The notes below the pieces were generated by a model. It was not told the origin of the DNA. It was given only the letters and a program-made list of their open reading frames with translations, and made no database searches. A stretch of 36,439 bases of DNA from Gonapodya sp. JEL0774 (taxonomy: Eukaryota). The position numbers and the translations under genes are program-made. Positions 10,601 to 26,248 of the stretch are shown here, piece after piece (the first letter of the stretch is position 1; each line of letters starts with the position of its first letter). Location of the stretch: the NCBI GenBank assembly GCA_027604505.1, contig JADIIX010000182.1, positions 1 through 36,439 on the forward strand, written 5' to 3'.

Positions 10601-13554
10601 GGTGGCCCTTGGCTCAGAAATTGCTAGGGCGAGCTGCGGTGGGTGTTGTCTTAGCGACGTTTCGTTTCGTTTTGTGACTGGTGCCGAGAGGAGCACTGCT
10701 GAACCCCGTCACTACATGTTGCGCACAACACCTCCCCAATTCAGTCTTCTTCCTCCTTCGGTGCTCTTGACTTTCCTTGGCACCCTGTATGGCCCCACGT
10801 CCTCGTGTTGCGTGTGGGCGCCTTCCTGCTGGATGCCCTGATACTTACTGCCAAAGTACTCACCCCAGGATCCGATTCCGCCCACACGCTCCCTGACTCC
10901 AACTCGACCTCAGACTTCGCCACGGCGCCCGAAACCCGCCCTGCTTTCCACCACCGCCTAGTTCGCGTCGCTGGAGCTGACCCAAACCACATGCGGACCT
11001 ACGGGGTGGTTATGGCGGACGACGCGATTGCCGATTGGGCTCAGAAGGTGCCCAGTGGAGTGGAGGGTGCATATCTACCTATGGTGGTTGAGCCGAGAGA
11101 GTGGACGGGAGTTCAATCCGGGGGATATTTCGGGAGGGACGGTGAGTATGGTGACTGAGTATTGGTAGGATCAAGGACGCTGACGTACAATCTTCGACGA
11201 CCCTTTGAGCCCGCATCATGCACACCTCACCAACGAGTCCCGAACAGCTAGCATATCTCCGTGCTGCCGATTCCCGGTCGCACCTCTCATACTTTTTCTC
11301 GGCGCTCACGTACCTAGGTTCCACACCTTGGCAGATCAACCAAGCTATCCTGTCTGTTGTTTTAGAGGTCTGGAACTCAGGTTTGAGTTTGGGTGATATT
11401 CCGCCGGAGGAAGGAATTATTCCAGGACCTGCTCCCTTCGATCGGAGACAATGGAGCTCTGTACCAGCGGACGACAAGGATGCGAAGCGTACTTTTGCAA
11501 TAAAGGTAGCTGAGCGAGCTGCGTGGCTCAAATCAGAGCGGGAGCGGTTCTCGGGCCGCTGCGATATGGCCGGCAAGATTGCTGTGGCTTGCGCCTTTGC
11601 GGAGAAAAAGATCTACTTCCCGCACTATGTAGATTTCAGGGGGAGGGCGTACCCGATCCCTCCCAATCTCAACCACGTGGGAAACGATTTAAGCAGGGGA
11701 CTGCTTCAATTCTATGAACGAAAGCCATTGGGAGTACGTGGTGTCTTTTGGCTCAGGGTCCATCTTGCAAACACGTATGGATTCGACAAAGCACCCTTTG
11801 ATGACCGCGCTAAATGGGTTGACGAAAATTGGGATGAAATTCTCGACTCAGCGAAGAATCCCCTTGAAGGGCGCCGGTGGTGGACGAAAGCGGATGCACC
11901 ATTCCAGTGTCTTGCAGCGTGCAAAGAGATTGTTGCCGCGAGCGAGCATCCGAATGGAGCGGAAGCATACTGTTGTGGACTCCCCGTGCAGCTGGACGGT
12001 TCGTGTAACGGATTGCAGCACTACGCGGCGTTGGGAGGCGATTCCATTGGTGCCAAGGAAGTGAATTTGATGCCAGGACAGCAGCCCGGGGATGTGTATA
12101 CTGGTGTGGCGAAAATCGTGTCAAGGTTGGTGGAGGACGACGCAACTGCTGGGATCGAAGTTGCGAAGATTGCAAGAGGCAAGGTGAACCGTGCGCTGGT
12201 AAAGCAAACTGTCATGACGCAAAGTTATGGCGTGACGTTTATTGGCGCGAGGGAACAAATAAACAACCGTTTGAAGGAGGCGAAGTTAGCTGGCGAGCAT
12301 GACCTGTCTGACACAGACATTTTTCGGTGTGCTAGCTACCTGGCGAAATTGACCAACCGTGCGGTGGCGGAGATGTTCACTGGCGCCAGAGGAATTCAAG
12401 AATGGCTTAACAAAGTTGCGTTGATCGTGTGTTCCAGCGTGGATGCGCGGCACGTGGACCCTAGGGAATTGATTGTAACTGAAGTCCTGGAGACGATGGG
12501 GATCGTAAAAAACGGGCAACCTGTGCGCAAAGGTGTCGAAGCAGTGCAAGTAGACCAAATGCTAGAGGAGCTGTCTGGTGTGAAGGAGGATCACGAGGAG
12601 CCCACTGCCTTAAGGTCCTCCCCGTCTGGGGATGAAGCGGTGCCAGATTCATCACCTGCCACAGATCTAACTGGGTTTGTTCACGATTCTATCGTGGATT
12701 CGAGCGGTCTTGTTGGTGACCTTACACGCCAGCTTCCTCCTGAGAAACGTGACAACAACTCCGTCACAGTAAAGAGACCCCGAAATAGAACCCGCACGTA
12801 CGAACTCCCTGGGGCTGTGCTCCGGAACACTACGTTGGTGTGGACAACTCCACTCGGATTACCCGTGGTTCAACCTTACCGAGATCTTCCCACGAGGAGC
12901 ATCAAGACACGTTTTCAGAATCTGATCGTGTCGGATCCCACTCTGAAAGGTTCCATCAACCACATGAAGCAGTCAAGCGCTTTCCCACCCAACTTCATCC
13001 ACTCCCTCGATGCCACCCACATGATGCTCACTGCACTTCACATGAAAGCCCTCGGGCTACCTTTTGCCGCTGTCCACGACTCCTTCTGGGCACATCCAGC
13101 TAATGTGGATGATATGGCAAGGGTGCTCAGGGAGGAATTCGTGAGATTGCACGACGGAGGGAGCGAAGGCCGTGGTGTAATGCGGAAGCTCAGAGACGAG
13201 CTTTTGGAGCGATATGGATCGAACAAAGTGCCAGTACGCATAAGGCTACCGAGACCACTTGCAAAGGAGCTCTGGGTCGAGGTCACAGCCAAGGAGGCGG
13301 AACGAGGCTCCAACACGGGATCTTCGCTTTTGGATTCCGAACTGGGAATGCACTCTACACCCACGTTAAGAGGGAGACGGAAGAATGCAGACAAACCAGA
13401 AACAAACAAAACCAAAATTGGAGAGAAACGCCTCAAAGTTGGAGCACTGAGTGTAATGGCGTGGGTGGAATTGCGTCACTTGATACCGGAGCTGCCTCCT
13501 CGAGGTAATTTTGATATTCGCCAAGTCAAGGAGAGTCCCTACTTCTTCCACTGA
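7683..13554 (+). CDS. RPO41: Mitochondrial DNA-directed RNA polymerase (single-subunit T7/T3 type)
   Basis: Motifs YFPHYVDFRGRAYP, LPVQLDGSCNGLQHYAAL (motif A), RALVKQTVMTQSYGVT (motif B), WTTPLGLPVVQPY, AFPPNFIHSLDATHM, FAAVHDSFW (motif C) and C-terminal SPYFFH. Phase-consistent exons: 7683-8603, 8884-~9507, 9733-10146, 10303-10638, 10745-11141, 11210-13554. The start codon and the exon 2 donor are less certain. Confidence 0.96.
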
Positions 13555-13972
13555 ACCGTAACCCATATACATATGTAAATATCATGTAAGAATTAGACAC
13601 ACTATGGTTTATCGGATCCGCATCCGGGATGCTGTCGTAGATGTAAACGCTCTATTCTGCAACAAAAAGCTCAGTGCGACTACTTTTGCAACCAGCACGA
13701 CCTCGCGTTGCATTGCACGAACCGCCGATACTGTCGCCCACGACACGAAGAGGCGGATCGCATCTCCCACGAGCGATAAATGCAGTACGGTGATCACGAA
13801 CAGAGCGAATTGCGCTTCAAAGAGTCTCGTTGTATTGTACAGTTATTCCTATATCTTGATCTCCTCAATAACCTTCGCCGTCACTTAATCTCGCGTTCAC
13901 AATCAGTTCCGATCCAACATCCACCTTCCACCTTCCCACCTCCCCGTCCAGCTGGCCTTCCAACTCAACCCC

Positions 13973-16133
13973 CTACATCATCTTCTCCTCCCCCTTATAC
14001 TCCCTGATTGGCGTCGAAAACACCGCGTGTCTTGTGAACCGTATCCCCGCTCCCATATCCTCTGGTCCCACCCCATGCCCGTGCCCGTGGCCCTCCCTCG
14101 ACCCTGACCCCTCCTCACCCACCATCGTCGCACCGTGCATGTGATCCGCGTCCCTTCCGTGCCGCAGCACCCCGTGTCCTCCCCCCGTGCCTGCCATACC
14201 CATCCCTTGGGTCTCTCTCCCGGCGCCCAATCCGGGTGCGGGAGCGGCTTGAACGGGAGACTGAGATGGGGACTGCGCCTGCGACTCGACGAGCGCAGGC
14301 TGGGGCACGGTGCAGTACACTGTGCGGCCTTCGTGGGCGTGGTGGGTCCATATGGTGATGGGGTTGCGGAAGGCGGCGAGGGTGGCCTGGAAGAATGGGA
14401 AAAGGGTGAGATTGGGGTGTCAGTGAGCCGAAGAGGGAGGGGCGGGGGAGGGGGACTTGGGGAGGCGGGGAGAGGTAGCACTCCACACCTCACACCGTTT
14501 CCGGACGGTGCTAGAACTCTCGTGGGCCATCACTTGCGACCCGACACCGACACCGTGACTCTAGTTTTCAAGATCCATTGTCCCTTCACCACCATCCACC
14601 CCTTTCCCCCCTTCACCACTCCACCAGCACTGCCTGCCCCATCTCACCTCATCCGGCATCTCGGTAAGATCCACCCCCACAAAGTCCTTTTCGTAGTCCG
14701 CGCTCGTGGTGGATTTCCAATGGACGCACGAGGTGTCGGGTGGGGGGGTGGCGAGGTCGCGTCTGGCAAGAAGACAGAGGGCACAGAGGGGGATTGTAAT
14801 GTGAGAGGGAAGAGGTAGAGGGGATGGGGAGGAGGCACGAGGTGGGAGCAGGTCAGCGGATGATGCTGGACATGGTCCGATGGGGCAAGAGGGGGTCCAT
14901 GCACCGGGCTCGGGCTCAGAGCACCGAGGTCCACAGAAGCAGTTTCCTCTGCATCCATGTCCAGTCAAGCCGCACACTCGATCCCATCCCCCGATCCACT
15001 CCGCCATCCGAATTTGACCAGATCCCCCGTTTCCTCGCCCACCCCCCTCCACGTTCGTCAACCCCCACCCCGCCCCCGTCGCTGAACGAACTTACTTTGC
15101 AATCTCCAACAACTCTCTCTCCACTTTAGCCCTGCGGACGCCAATACGGGGCTCTTTCATGGCCTGGACGACGGTTGAGGGAGTGGTGGAGGCGGTGGCA
15201 TTGCCACCGGGTAGGACAGGGGAGGGGTGAGGGTGGTTGGGAGGGATGGAGGAGTCGGTGGGGGGCATCTGAGGCAGTAAAGAAGGGGAGGGGGTGAGGT
15301 GATAGGAAAGCAGAACAGAAAGAAGCGTGAGTCGAGGGATGGGGAAAGGTGAGGTCGAGGGAATGGGAAGTGGCGCCTGGGAGCGAGGAGTGAGGCTGAA
15401 GGAGATGCACGAGGGCACTCGGTGGTTCGAGGGAGAGTAGGGGATTCATTACAGTGGGTGTAGGCGGGCTCATCAGGACATGCGTCAGAGGTATTTGATG
15501 AGTCCTTAGCCCGCCAATCGATCCACGAATGGTAGATTACGATGGTGATTTCATTCATCCGCGCTGGACACGTTCCACTCTGTCCTGGTTACTGAGGCGC
15601 GGAGTGCAAGCTCCGACAAACCGAGGAGCAGTGGATTTTATTTGACATCTCTCAGGAATGGAGGGAGGATGGGAAAGGAGGGGTCAAGGAGAACGAGAGG
15701 GTACTGACCCTTGGCGACTTGAGCTTGTCCTGGTCGGGGTGGGGGAAGCCGACGGCTCTCATTTCGACTGGAGATAAGTGATATTGGGACAGAGAAGATC
15801 ATTGGATCCGTTAGAAATCAGAGAGAAGCAAGAATTCCAGAGAGTGAGTGCGGATTGGGGATTGGGCGAACACGGAGCGTCCATCCCCACCACCCCTGTC
15901 CCCTCCCTATTTCAATCGTCATTTCGATAATCAAATCTGCGGTCCGATCTTGAGGTTTGGGCACCCCAGTGTATCCCGCTCCGTCGGCAGTGGTGGCCCT
16001 TTCCAACATACATCAGCTGTCACTTGAAGCAAAGAAGAGACGCACCCCAGTTGCCTATGAGCGTTGCGCCCACCGGGCCATGTCTGTTCCAAGCGGAGTC
16101 AATGGTTGAAATAATGGAATTCTGGTATGGCAT
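13973..16133 (-). CDS. SPAG8/FAP143-like flagellar microtubule inner protein
   Basis: Phase-consistent exons 16133-16046, 15767-15709, 15268-15096, 14762-14648 and 14386-13973 give GATLIGNWVEMRA, GVRRAKVERELLEIAK, WKSTTSADY, PITIW and C-terminal FTRHAVFSTPI. This is the motif order recalled for SPAG8/FAP143 (NWxEER, GKRE, S-T-x-x-DY, PxTFW, FSTP). An extra exon between 15709 and 15268 is possible. Confidence 0.7.
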
Positions 16134-16374
16134 CGCTGGAATTGATGGACGGGGGTGACTGTTTGGAGTGGGCAGGCGGTTGACAGCAGTGGCACACGGG
16201 GTGACAGATGATGGGGGTGTGATGGGTGAGTATAGTCGATGCAGAGGTAATGTCGATCTGATGCTGTCTGAAATGTGACCCGCGGTTCTCCATGCTGTGG
16301 CCATCTGTGGTCCGATCTGCCTTCACCAAAACCAACCCAACCCGCCCATCAACTCTTCGCGTATCTATACATAC

Positions 16375-16508
16375 AAGACATATGTACATAATAAATTACG
16401 AAAATTCGTTATTTTATTTTAGTCACGAATCCCTCGCAAGAAAGACATATGTACATAATAAATTACGAAAATTCGTTGTTTTATTTTAGTCACGAATCCC
16501 TCGCAAGA
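16375..16508. repeat. 67-bp tandem duplication (2 copies, 1 mismatch) in a divergent intergenic region
   Basis: aagacatatgtacataataaattacgaaaattcgtt(a/g)ttttattttagtcacgaatccctcgcaaga at 16375-16441 and 16442-16508. Confidence 0.95.
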
Positions 16509-16920
16509 GGGCACGTGACTGATATTTTACTCCCCAACTAACCCCTTGCCCACTCCGGCTATTACATCAGTTCTTCTCCTTGCGAGGAATCCACGCCAGT
16601 GGAATCTGCGAGACGGAGCTAATACAAAGGCAACTTCTTTGCTTTTGCAATAATTAAGCAGGATGGCAGCATTGTTTGCGAGTCGAGCTGACGGAGTATA
16701 TGTGCACCGAGGTTCAAACACCCAGCCAAGTACAGCGCCATGTCAGACAACGTTCAAGGAAATATTCCGTCCGTCCAGCTTTCTTGCAATAGATTGGGTA
16801 AAAGGGGAAACGTTTAACGAAAGGCGGGTGCAAACGGGTTCCGCCTCACAAATGCCGCCCTTGCCCACAACAACACACGGCAGCAATCCAACATTGATTG
16901 TTTTGAATCCACCACTCCCG

Positions 16921-19273
16921 ATGCCCCCCCGCAAGAACAAGGCCGCAGACAATGATCCAGAAGATCCAGAAACCTCTGCTCTCGACGAACCCCCTGCCAA
17001 AAAGCGCAAATCCTCCTCCAAGAAGAATGCGAAGACGGACGACGAGCCTGCATCCGATCCGACGCTCGTCCATGATGCGAAAACATCCAAACCCAAGTCC
17101 TCTCAACCACGATCCTCCAAAAAGATCCCCCACGACGACGCGGCCGATGGTGCGGCGGCCGGTGGAAACACGGGCAAGACCGAGACCGAGGACGACTCCC
17201 ACTACCCGCGGAACACAGCCATGCCCGCATCTTACGAGTTCTTACCAGCGAAATCGTCTGGATCGGTGAAGATTGTCAGCTTGAATGTGGCGGGGATTGC
17301 GGCCGCGAGAAAAAAGGGTGATTTTCAGTGCTAAGGGGTCATCGGGAGGGGCCACTCGTGCGCTGGGTCTGCGAGTTTTAATTGGTGCCATTGAATCGAA
17401 CCCGCTACACGTGTGCCGATGATGGGGTGTATGTTTGCGTGTGTGATGTCCGTCACCCCGTGTTCGTGACCAAGATCCGATTCCCGGGACCCTGGTGCAC
17501 CTCCCGCTCCGCTCGCGTCACCTTCGCTTCATCTCTCCAAACCAAACCAGGTCTTGACCCCTACGTCGTTGCCGAAAACGCCGACATTCTCTGCCTCCAA
17601 GAGGTGAAACTCCAGTCTCCAGACGCATCGCTCTTCAAGGAAGTGTACCCACACGTCCTATGGTACGTTGCCATCTTAGAAACTGGCCCCGACTCCTCCG
17701 ACTCACCAGTTCCTCGTTCACGTACCCTGTACCTCCTTGTTTCGCTTACGAAACCCACCTCACGGACCGCCCACCGTATGCCCTCCTGCTCCCCAGGTCC
17801 CTCCCCACCAGCAAAAAGGGCTATTCTGGCTCCTGCGTCCTTTCCAAACTCCCCCCGCTCTCTATCCGCCTGGGCGTTCCCTCCTCGTCCACCTCGTCTG
17901 TCACATCTACCTCTTTGGACCAGGACCCGGACCCCGAAGGCCGCACCATCACCGCCGAGTTTGAAGGATTCTACCTGGTGGCGAATTACGTGCCCAACGC
18001 AGGGCAGAAGCTGGAACGGTTGGAATACAAAAGAGAGTTCGCGAGGGATGTGAGGGCGCATTTGGTGAGTCTCGGTTTGTTTGTTTTTGATGTGTGCGAG
18101 AGAGGGTGGGTGGGTGGGAGTGATGTGGTCGAGGAGCGGGGGAGGGTGAAACAACATGCAACACGGATTGGGCAAAGTATCCCGGCATCCCATTTCGATT
18201 TATGCAGAGTGGGCAGTGTTTTTATCCAGCGAAAAAACCACAGAGAAGAAAGGGCGAGGACATAGCAAAGAGTTCGGCGTCAGTACATGCATCATACATG
18301 GGATTCCAGGAACCCAACTTCCGCCCACATTCCCCGTCCGGTCCCACGTCGTCATTCTCACCAATCGCTTTTGCCCCTCCTCCCATGCACCTGTACACCC
18401 CCCCTCCCCACACAGTCCTCACTGCAAGGTCTCAAACCCGTCGTGTGGACAGGAGATCTCAATGTTGCGCACACGCCTATCGACTTGTCCAGGCCAAAAG
18501 GGAACGCCAAGACGGCTGGGTTCACACCCGAGGAAAGAGAGGGTGAGTGTCCTGGGTTTGCTTACTTTGCGTACCACGCGGTGGAGCACTTTGACGCCGC
18601 CCGAATGTGCCCACTCCACACTGCACCCGCCTACCGTGGCGATGGTGGTACACTTCTCCCGACTTTCCGTGATCGCGTCTCAAACCTCTGCCATTCACAC
18701 ATCCCCAACATAACAGATTTTACCACCACCTTGTCGGAGCTCGATTTGGTGGACGCGTGGAGGCACTTGCACCCTACCGAGAAGGACTTCACGTACTATT
18801 CGTACAGGTTTAATTGCAGGCGTAAGTTTTCGAACACTTCCCATCGTCACCATCAGTCATCCAAGTTTCTGCTCGCATGCGACTGTCCCTTTCCCCACCG
18901 CTCGCCCCCTCCACGCCTTCACTCCCTCACACGTTTTCAAACGCCGTCGCCTTCCACTTCGGACCACACCCAAACACGTGCGTTGAAATCTCTTCTCTAT
19001 CACAGAAAAACATCTGGGCTGGCGCCTCGACTACTTCGTGGTGTCTCGAGCACTGGTCGACAAGGTTTCATCGTGCGAGATTCGAAATCAGGTTTACGGC
19101 TGTTCCGGTGGGTTGTTGGAGTGCTTGTCGATTAGGTCCCGAACCTGTTGGCGAATTATTTATTCGTCGTGGCTTTGCTGCGACCCTGGGAACTCAATGT
19201 GCCCTTTTCCTATCCCATCATGACTCATGCGTTCACAGATCACGTGCCGCTCGCTCTCGAGCTCGTTCTGTAG
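16921..19273 (+). CDS. AP endonuclease / exodeoxyribonuclease III family (APE1-like)
   Basis: Exons 16921-17317, 17551-17662, 17797-18064, 18416-18542, 18717-18821, 19006-19107 and 19239-19273 join in frame. They give [78 protein letters not shown] and SDHVP. The N-terminus is basic with an NLS-like PPAKKRK. Confidence 0.93.
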
Positions 19274-19577
19274 CCACTCGGTGCCAAAGGGATTACAGCG
19301 TTCTGGTGGTTGTGCTCTTTCTTCGTTCCGCTGAGGGTAAAGCCAGAGTTCTAAGTACCGTGTATTCGGTTTCTGATTAAAGCAATTGTAACCACATACA
19401 TATCTTGGCGTATACCGGAGTTGCTTTGTTTTGCGAAGTCGACGCGAAGGGAGATCTTGCATGCTGGGGCAAGGGCAGTCACAGCCAACCGAAAACCCCG
19501 ACAGACCACATATCCCCAATCTCCCCCCAAAGCGAAGCGAGCTCTCACCTAGTCTTGCGTCATCTTGCTGCTTTCTG

Positions 19578-22582
<3,005 letters not shown>

Positions 22583-22643
22583 ATCTGTCCAATTAACAAG
22601 TTCGGGAATACAAACGATCCGTCGACGATAACATAACTGCTGT

Positions 22644-25600
22644 TCATCTCCGCTTGGATCGACCCACACCAGATGAGACGGTCAATGGTGTTGTATCGAC
22701 ATTGTTGGGAATCCGCATCGATGTTTCGGAAGTTTTCGAGACAACACTCAAGGATCGCAAACCCCCCGGCTCTTTAACCTTGGATTTCTTCTTCCCGTAC
22801 CGGGGGTTTCGGCCCTGCTTCTGACTGCGCAAGCGCTCTACAAGGTCATCGATTCGGGGACGCGAGCCCACCACCTCTCTGAATTTACTTTGGGCATCAT
22901 CGACCTTGCTATGCGGAGACTCACTCAGGATCTATAGTAGTCCAGAAGATTGTCAGGGCCGAGTACTGCCACAGGCTATTCTGAACGACCATGCACACCT
23001 TTGATGAAACTTGCAGCAAGTTCCTTACTAAGAAGACACGAATGGTCTGGTATGCCGGACGCCTCGCAGAAATCTCCTTTATCAGCCCGGTGTAACGTTC
23101 TCGCTGATGCTTCTTCATGTAGAAGAGGCGCTCAAGGTGGGATTCGTTCACCGCAGTCTTCGGAAAGAATAGATTGGTCCAATGTGTTCAAAAAGAGAGC
23201 ACCACTTCACGAGTGCATAAGTACCTTCTTCTTCGCAGCGTACTTTCCCTTTCGCGCTCCAATTGTCTCCTCTGGAGAATATAGTTTGAGACAGTACTCT
23301 CATAAGTCACAGTACTTGAAAATGAAGGATGACCTTTCGTATACTCACCCTGCTTCAACTTTTCCACCTTCCGATTAATACCAATAAATCCTCGACATTT
23401 CTCGGTACCGCAAAGGCACTTTTGCATAACCTGACCTGCATTCTCGTAGCGATAATCGTAAGTGAGTTCCGTCCGCGCGGGAATGTCTTCGCTAGCGAAG
23501 AGTCCAACTGCATATTCCCCTCCAACGTGCCTACAACAACATACAAAAGGCGTTAGCATTCTAAAAATATAAATATATATAAGACTTGGGCACTGGCTTA
23601 CCACTTCTCAATGTGGCAGTTCGGATCGCAGCTGTGATTCACAAACCGTGCTTCTGTACCTTTGATGTGAGCGTCAACCACCTCACCATCTTCATACTCG
23701 AGCATGTAAAAGGCATGATTGTCGGCATATACTGTAGACATCCGCTCGAAGCACGTGTCCTCGGAAATGATCTCGCCACGATATTCGCAAACCAGAGTGC
23801 CTTTAGCAATAGGCTCCAAAGTACGGAGACCAAATCCGCGAGAAGACACCTGAAGAAATGGAAGTACAATGAACTTTTGCGGTGAAAGAAGGCCGGGGAC
23901 CAATGCTCACCCAGCACACATCCAAACCTGCAACCTGTTCCCCCTTTTGGAAACGGCGATTGGAGCACTGCTCTCCACAAGGACACAATTCGTCTAAAAG
24001 GTCGATGAGCTCCTCAGAGGTGAGCGTACGGATGATCGTTACAATTCAGTCTGTACTGACCACATTCAACCAGTGTCACCCTATTGATACAATCCTCCAA
24101 GCATCCTGGTTCCCCAGTTTTCGGTGGTGTACAATTACAGATTGCCCGGATACGAGCCTGTCGAGGCTTCCGCTCCACAAATATGTCTTTTATCAGCACA
24201 ATGACGGTGAACGTGTGGTAGCATGTCAAATTCAGAACCCTTGAGGATGTACGATGAGACGTCAACCCACTCTTGGATATTTTTTGATACCTGCTGGGCC
24301 GCTCGGTACAAGTCTTCATCCGGAGCTGTAGCAAAAACGGGCGAAAGCGTGACTCGCTGCATAAAGTTTCTTTTTGTGGCGGTTGCTGTTCTCAAATTCT
24401 ACTCACGTCGTTGATTCCTCCGTCGTCATACCATTTTTCTAGATCCCATGGCAGTTCAAAATCCCTCTCCTCCGAAATAAGACTCTCCCCCAGGTAATGG
24501 ATCGGAAACGCAAATTTGAAAACAGACGGCAGGGACCTCGCACCACTAGGTGATTCCATCTCGGCAGTTCCCGTGCGAGGTTTAGAGAAGTCGACTGAGT
24601 AGATTCCGCAGTTTTCATAACGTTTCGCCAACGAGAGGGGTGTATCGGTAAACGTTATTGGAGGGTCGGGCTCCACCTTGACCAACCTTGACTGCTGGTT
24701 ACGTTTCTTGGGCCTCGATTCGAATGATTCTCTCCGAGAATTTGGAGCTTTTCGGGAAACACTGTCCGTATCCTCCTCATCATCCGTTTCATGTGAATTT
24801 CCAATAAAGCCTCGACGCCTCTTGATTGAGGCTAGCTTCACAGGCGACATTTCTCGACGTCGTCGCTTGATGGACCGGACATTGCCTTCACCTCCCACGT
24901 CATCTCTACACCACTCTTCGACCTGCATTCGAGCAATCGATTCGAGCTCAGGAAGCTCGTCTTGAACCACTGCGTCGTCCATCCATCCCATAATGCGCTT
25001 GGCGGGACCACCCAACCTTGCACCAACAAGCTTCCGTAATGCGATTTCCGGTATGACACCAAAGAGGTCAATATCGTGCACGGAATAGAGAGCGGGGATC
25101 GGGGACTGGAAAAATCTTTCTATCTGGTCGCGTACAGAGACCTTGATGCCGCCACCCAGTATTCTGCAAAACGGTGCTTGGGTCAGATCTGGAAGAGGCT
25201 CCAGCAAATATTCTCGCTTCGCCAATATTGAAGCTGCTGGGGTCGAAAGCTCAGTGCCAGAGCGGAGGCGGGTGTGCACTATGGGACTCTACAGATTGCG
25301 AAATATTACGTCCATCTTCCCGCTGATATTCTTGCACCACGATACAAGCGTTTGACTTACATGTCTCAAGTCCTCCGCAATCAGTAAGCCGGCGCTCCGA
25401 GCCGAGTTGTTGTGTTTTTCCATAGGTTCGTCTCCTTCTCTCGGGTCATCCTCCTCCACTCGTGACGGTTTGCGATAATGAATTAAATTAGTTTGCTTAT
25501 TCACTCCGCCGGTCCCGAATGCGGCAGCTTTCTCTGTCGTCCCGACACCTCCCGATCTTTGAGGAATGACAGAACATCCGGAAATGATGGACTTGCCTTC

Positions 25601-26248
25601 CGGAGAAGGCGGTTGAGGGGCCTCTGCCAGGGGAATGACAACACGACCGGCCCTGGGCTTTGATACTGAAGTCTGAGTGGTCGGCTCCGTGTTCTCCTTA
25701 GCTGAGGCGACTCGGCGGCGCTTGGGTTGGAAACAAGTGGCCGCTTCGTCTGCAGACAACGGTACTTCGATGCCCCCGCGCAAGGTCAAACGAGTTCCTG
25801 ATGTAGCCTGATGTTGGTCAGAAGATGGTGCACTGCGTCCAAGTACACGCAATGTAGTAGAGTTTTGCACTTTGAGTGAGGAATTCATGTCTCCGATCCG
25901 AGAGGAAGTTGTATCCGACCGTCGGGGCTGAGTGTGATATATGCCCTGGCCTTTTAACGAGACTATGGGGTCAGTGGAGAGTGGGTGTAGCTGCCAATCA
26001 CCACAAGTGGGTCAGATGCACAATGAACGGAAGCGTCATGTTCAGCACCAGAACATCGAACCCTACCTTAGCGACTCTCCTTGACAATCTGGCAGGAGCC
26101 TCTCTCGTTTCGGGTGATAGACCGACGTCACCATCCTGAGACGCAACAAGAGTTGCTTGGTCTGAATCACTTGGGGTAGGTGATGGCGGTGGGGTGTAGT
26201 TCCTGGTTTAAATTGAGAGGTTCAATGTCACCGAGCCTACACTGACAT
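22644..26248 (-). CDS. ASH1-like histone H3K36 methyltransferase (AWS-SET-postSET)
   Basis: AWS (CNC...CLEDCINRVTLVECDELCPCGEQCSNRRFQ), SET (RGFGLRT, EYRGEII, ARFVNHSCDPNC, ELTYDY) and post-SET (CLCGTEKCRGFIG). ASH1-type flanks DFELPWDL, YQKISKNIFVERKP and FLVRN are present; no WW/SRI of Set2 was seen. About 12 exons with GT-AG sites; 5' end uncertain. Confidence 0.88.

Noticed and set aside
11218..13554. T7-like RNA polymerase as a prophage or linear-plasmid gene
   Set aside because: It has spliceosomal introns, a long N-terminal extension and eukaryotic neighbours; it is the ordinary nuclear-encoded mitochondrial enzyme.
16375..16508. CRISPR-like repeat
   Set aside because: Two directly abutting copies, no spacers, no cas genes, eukaryotic context.
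16921..19273. AP endonuclease as part of a LINE element
   Set aside because: Six introns, a stop directly after SDH, no reverse transcriptase and intact CpG content indicate a host repair gene.
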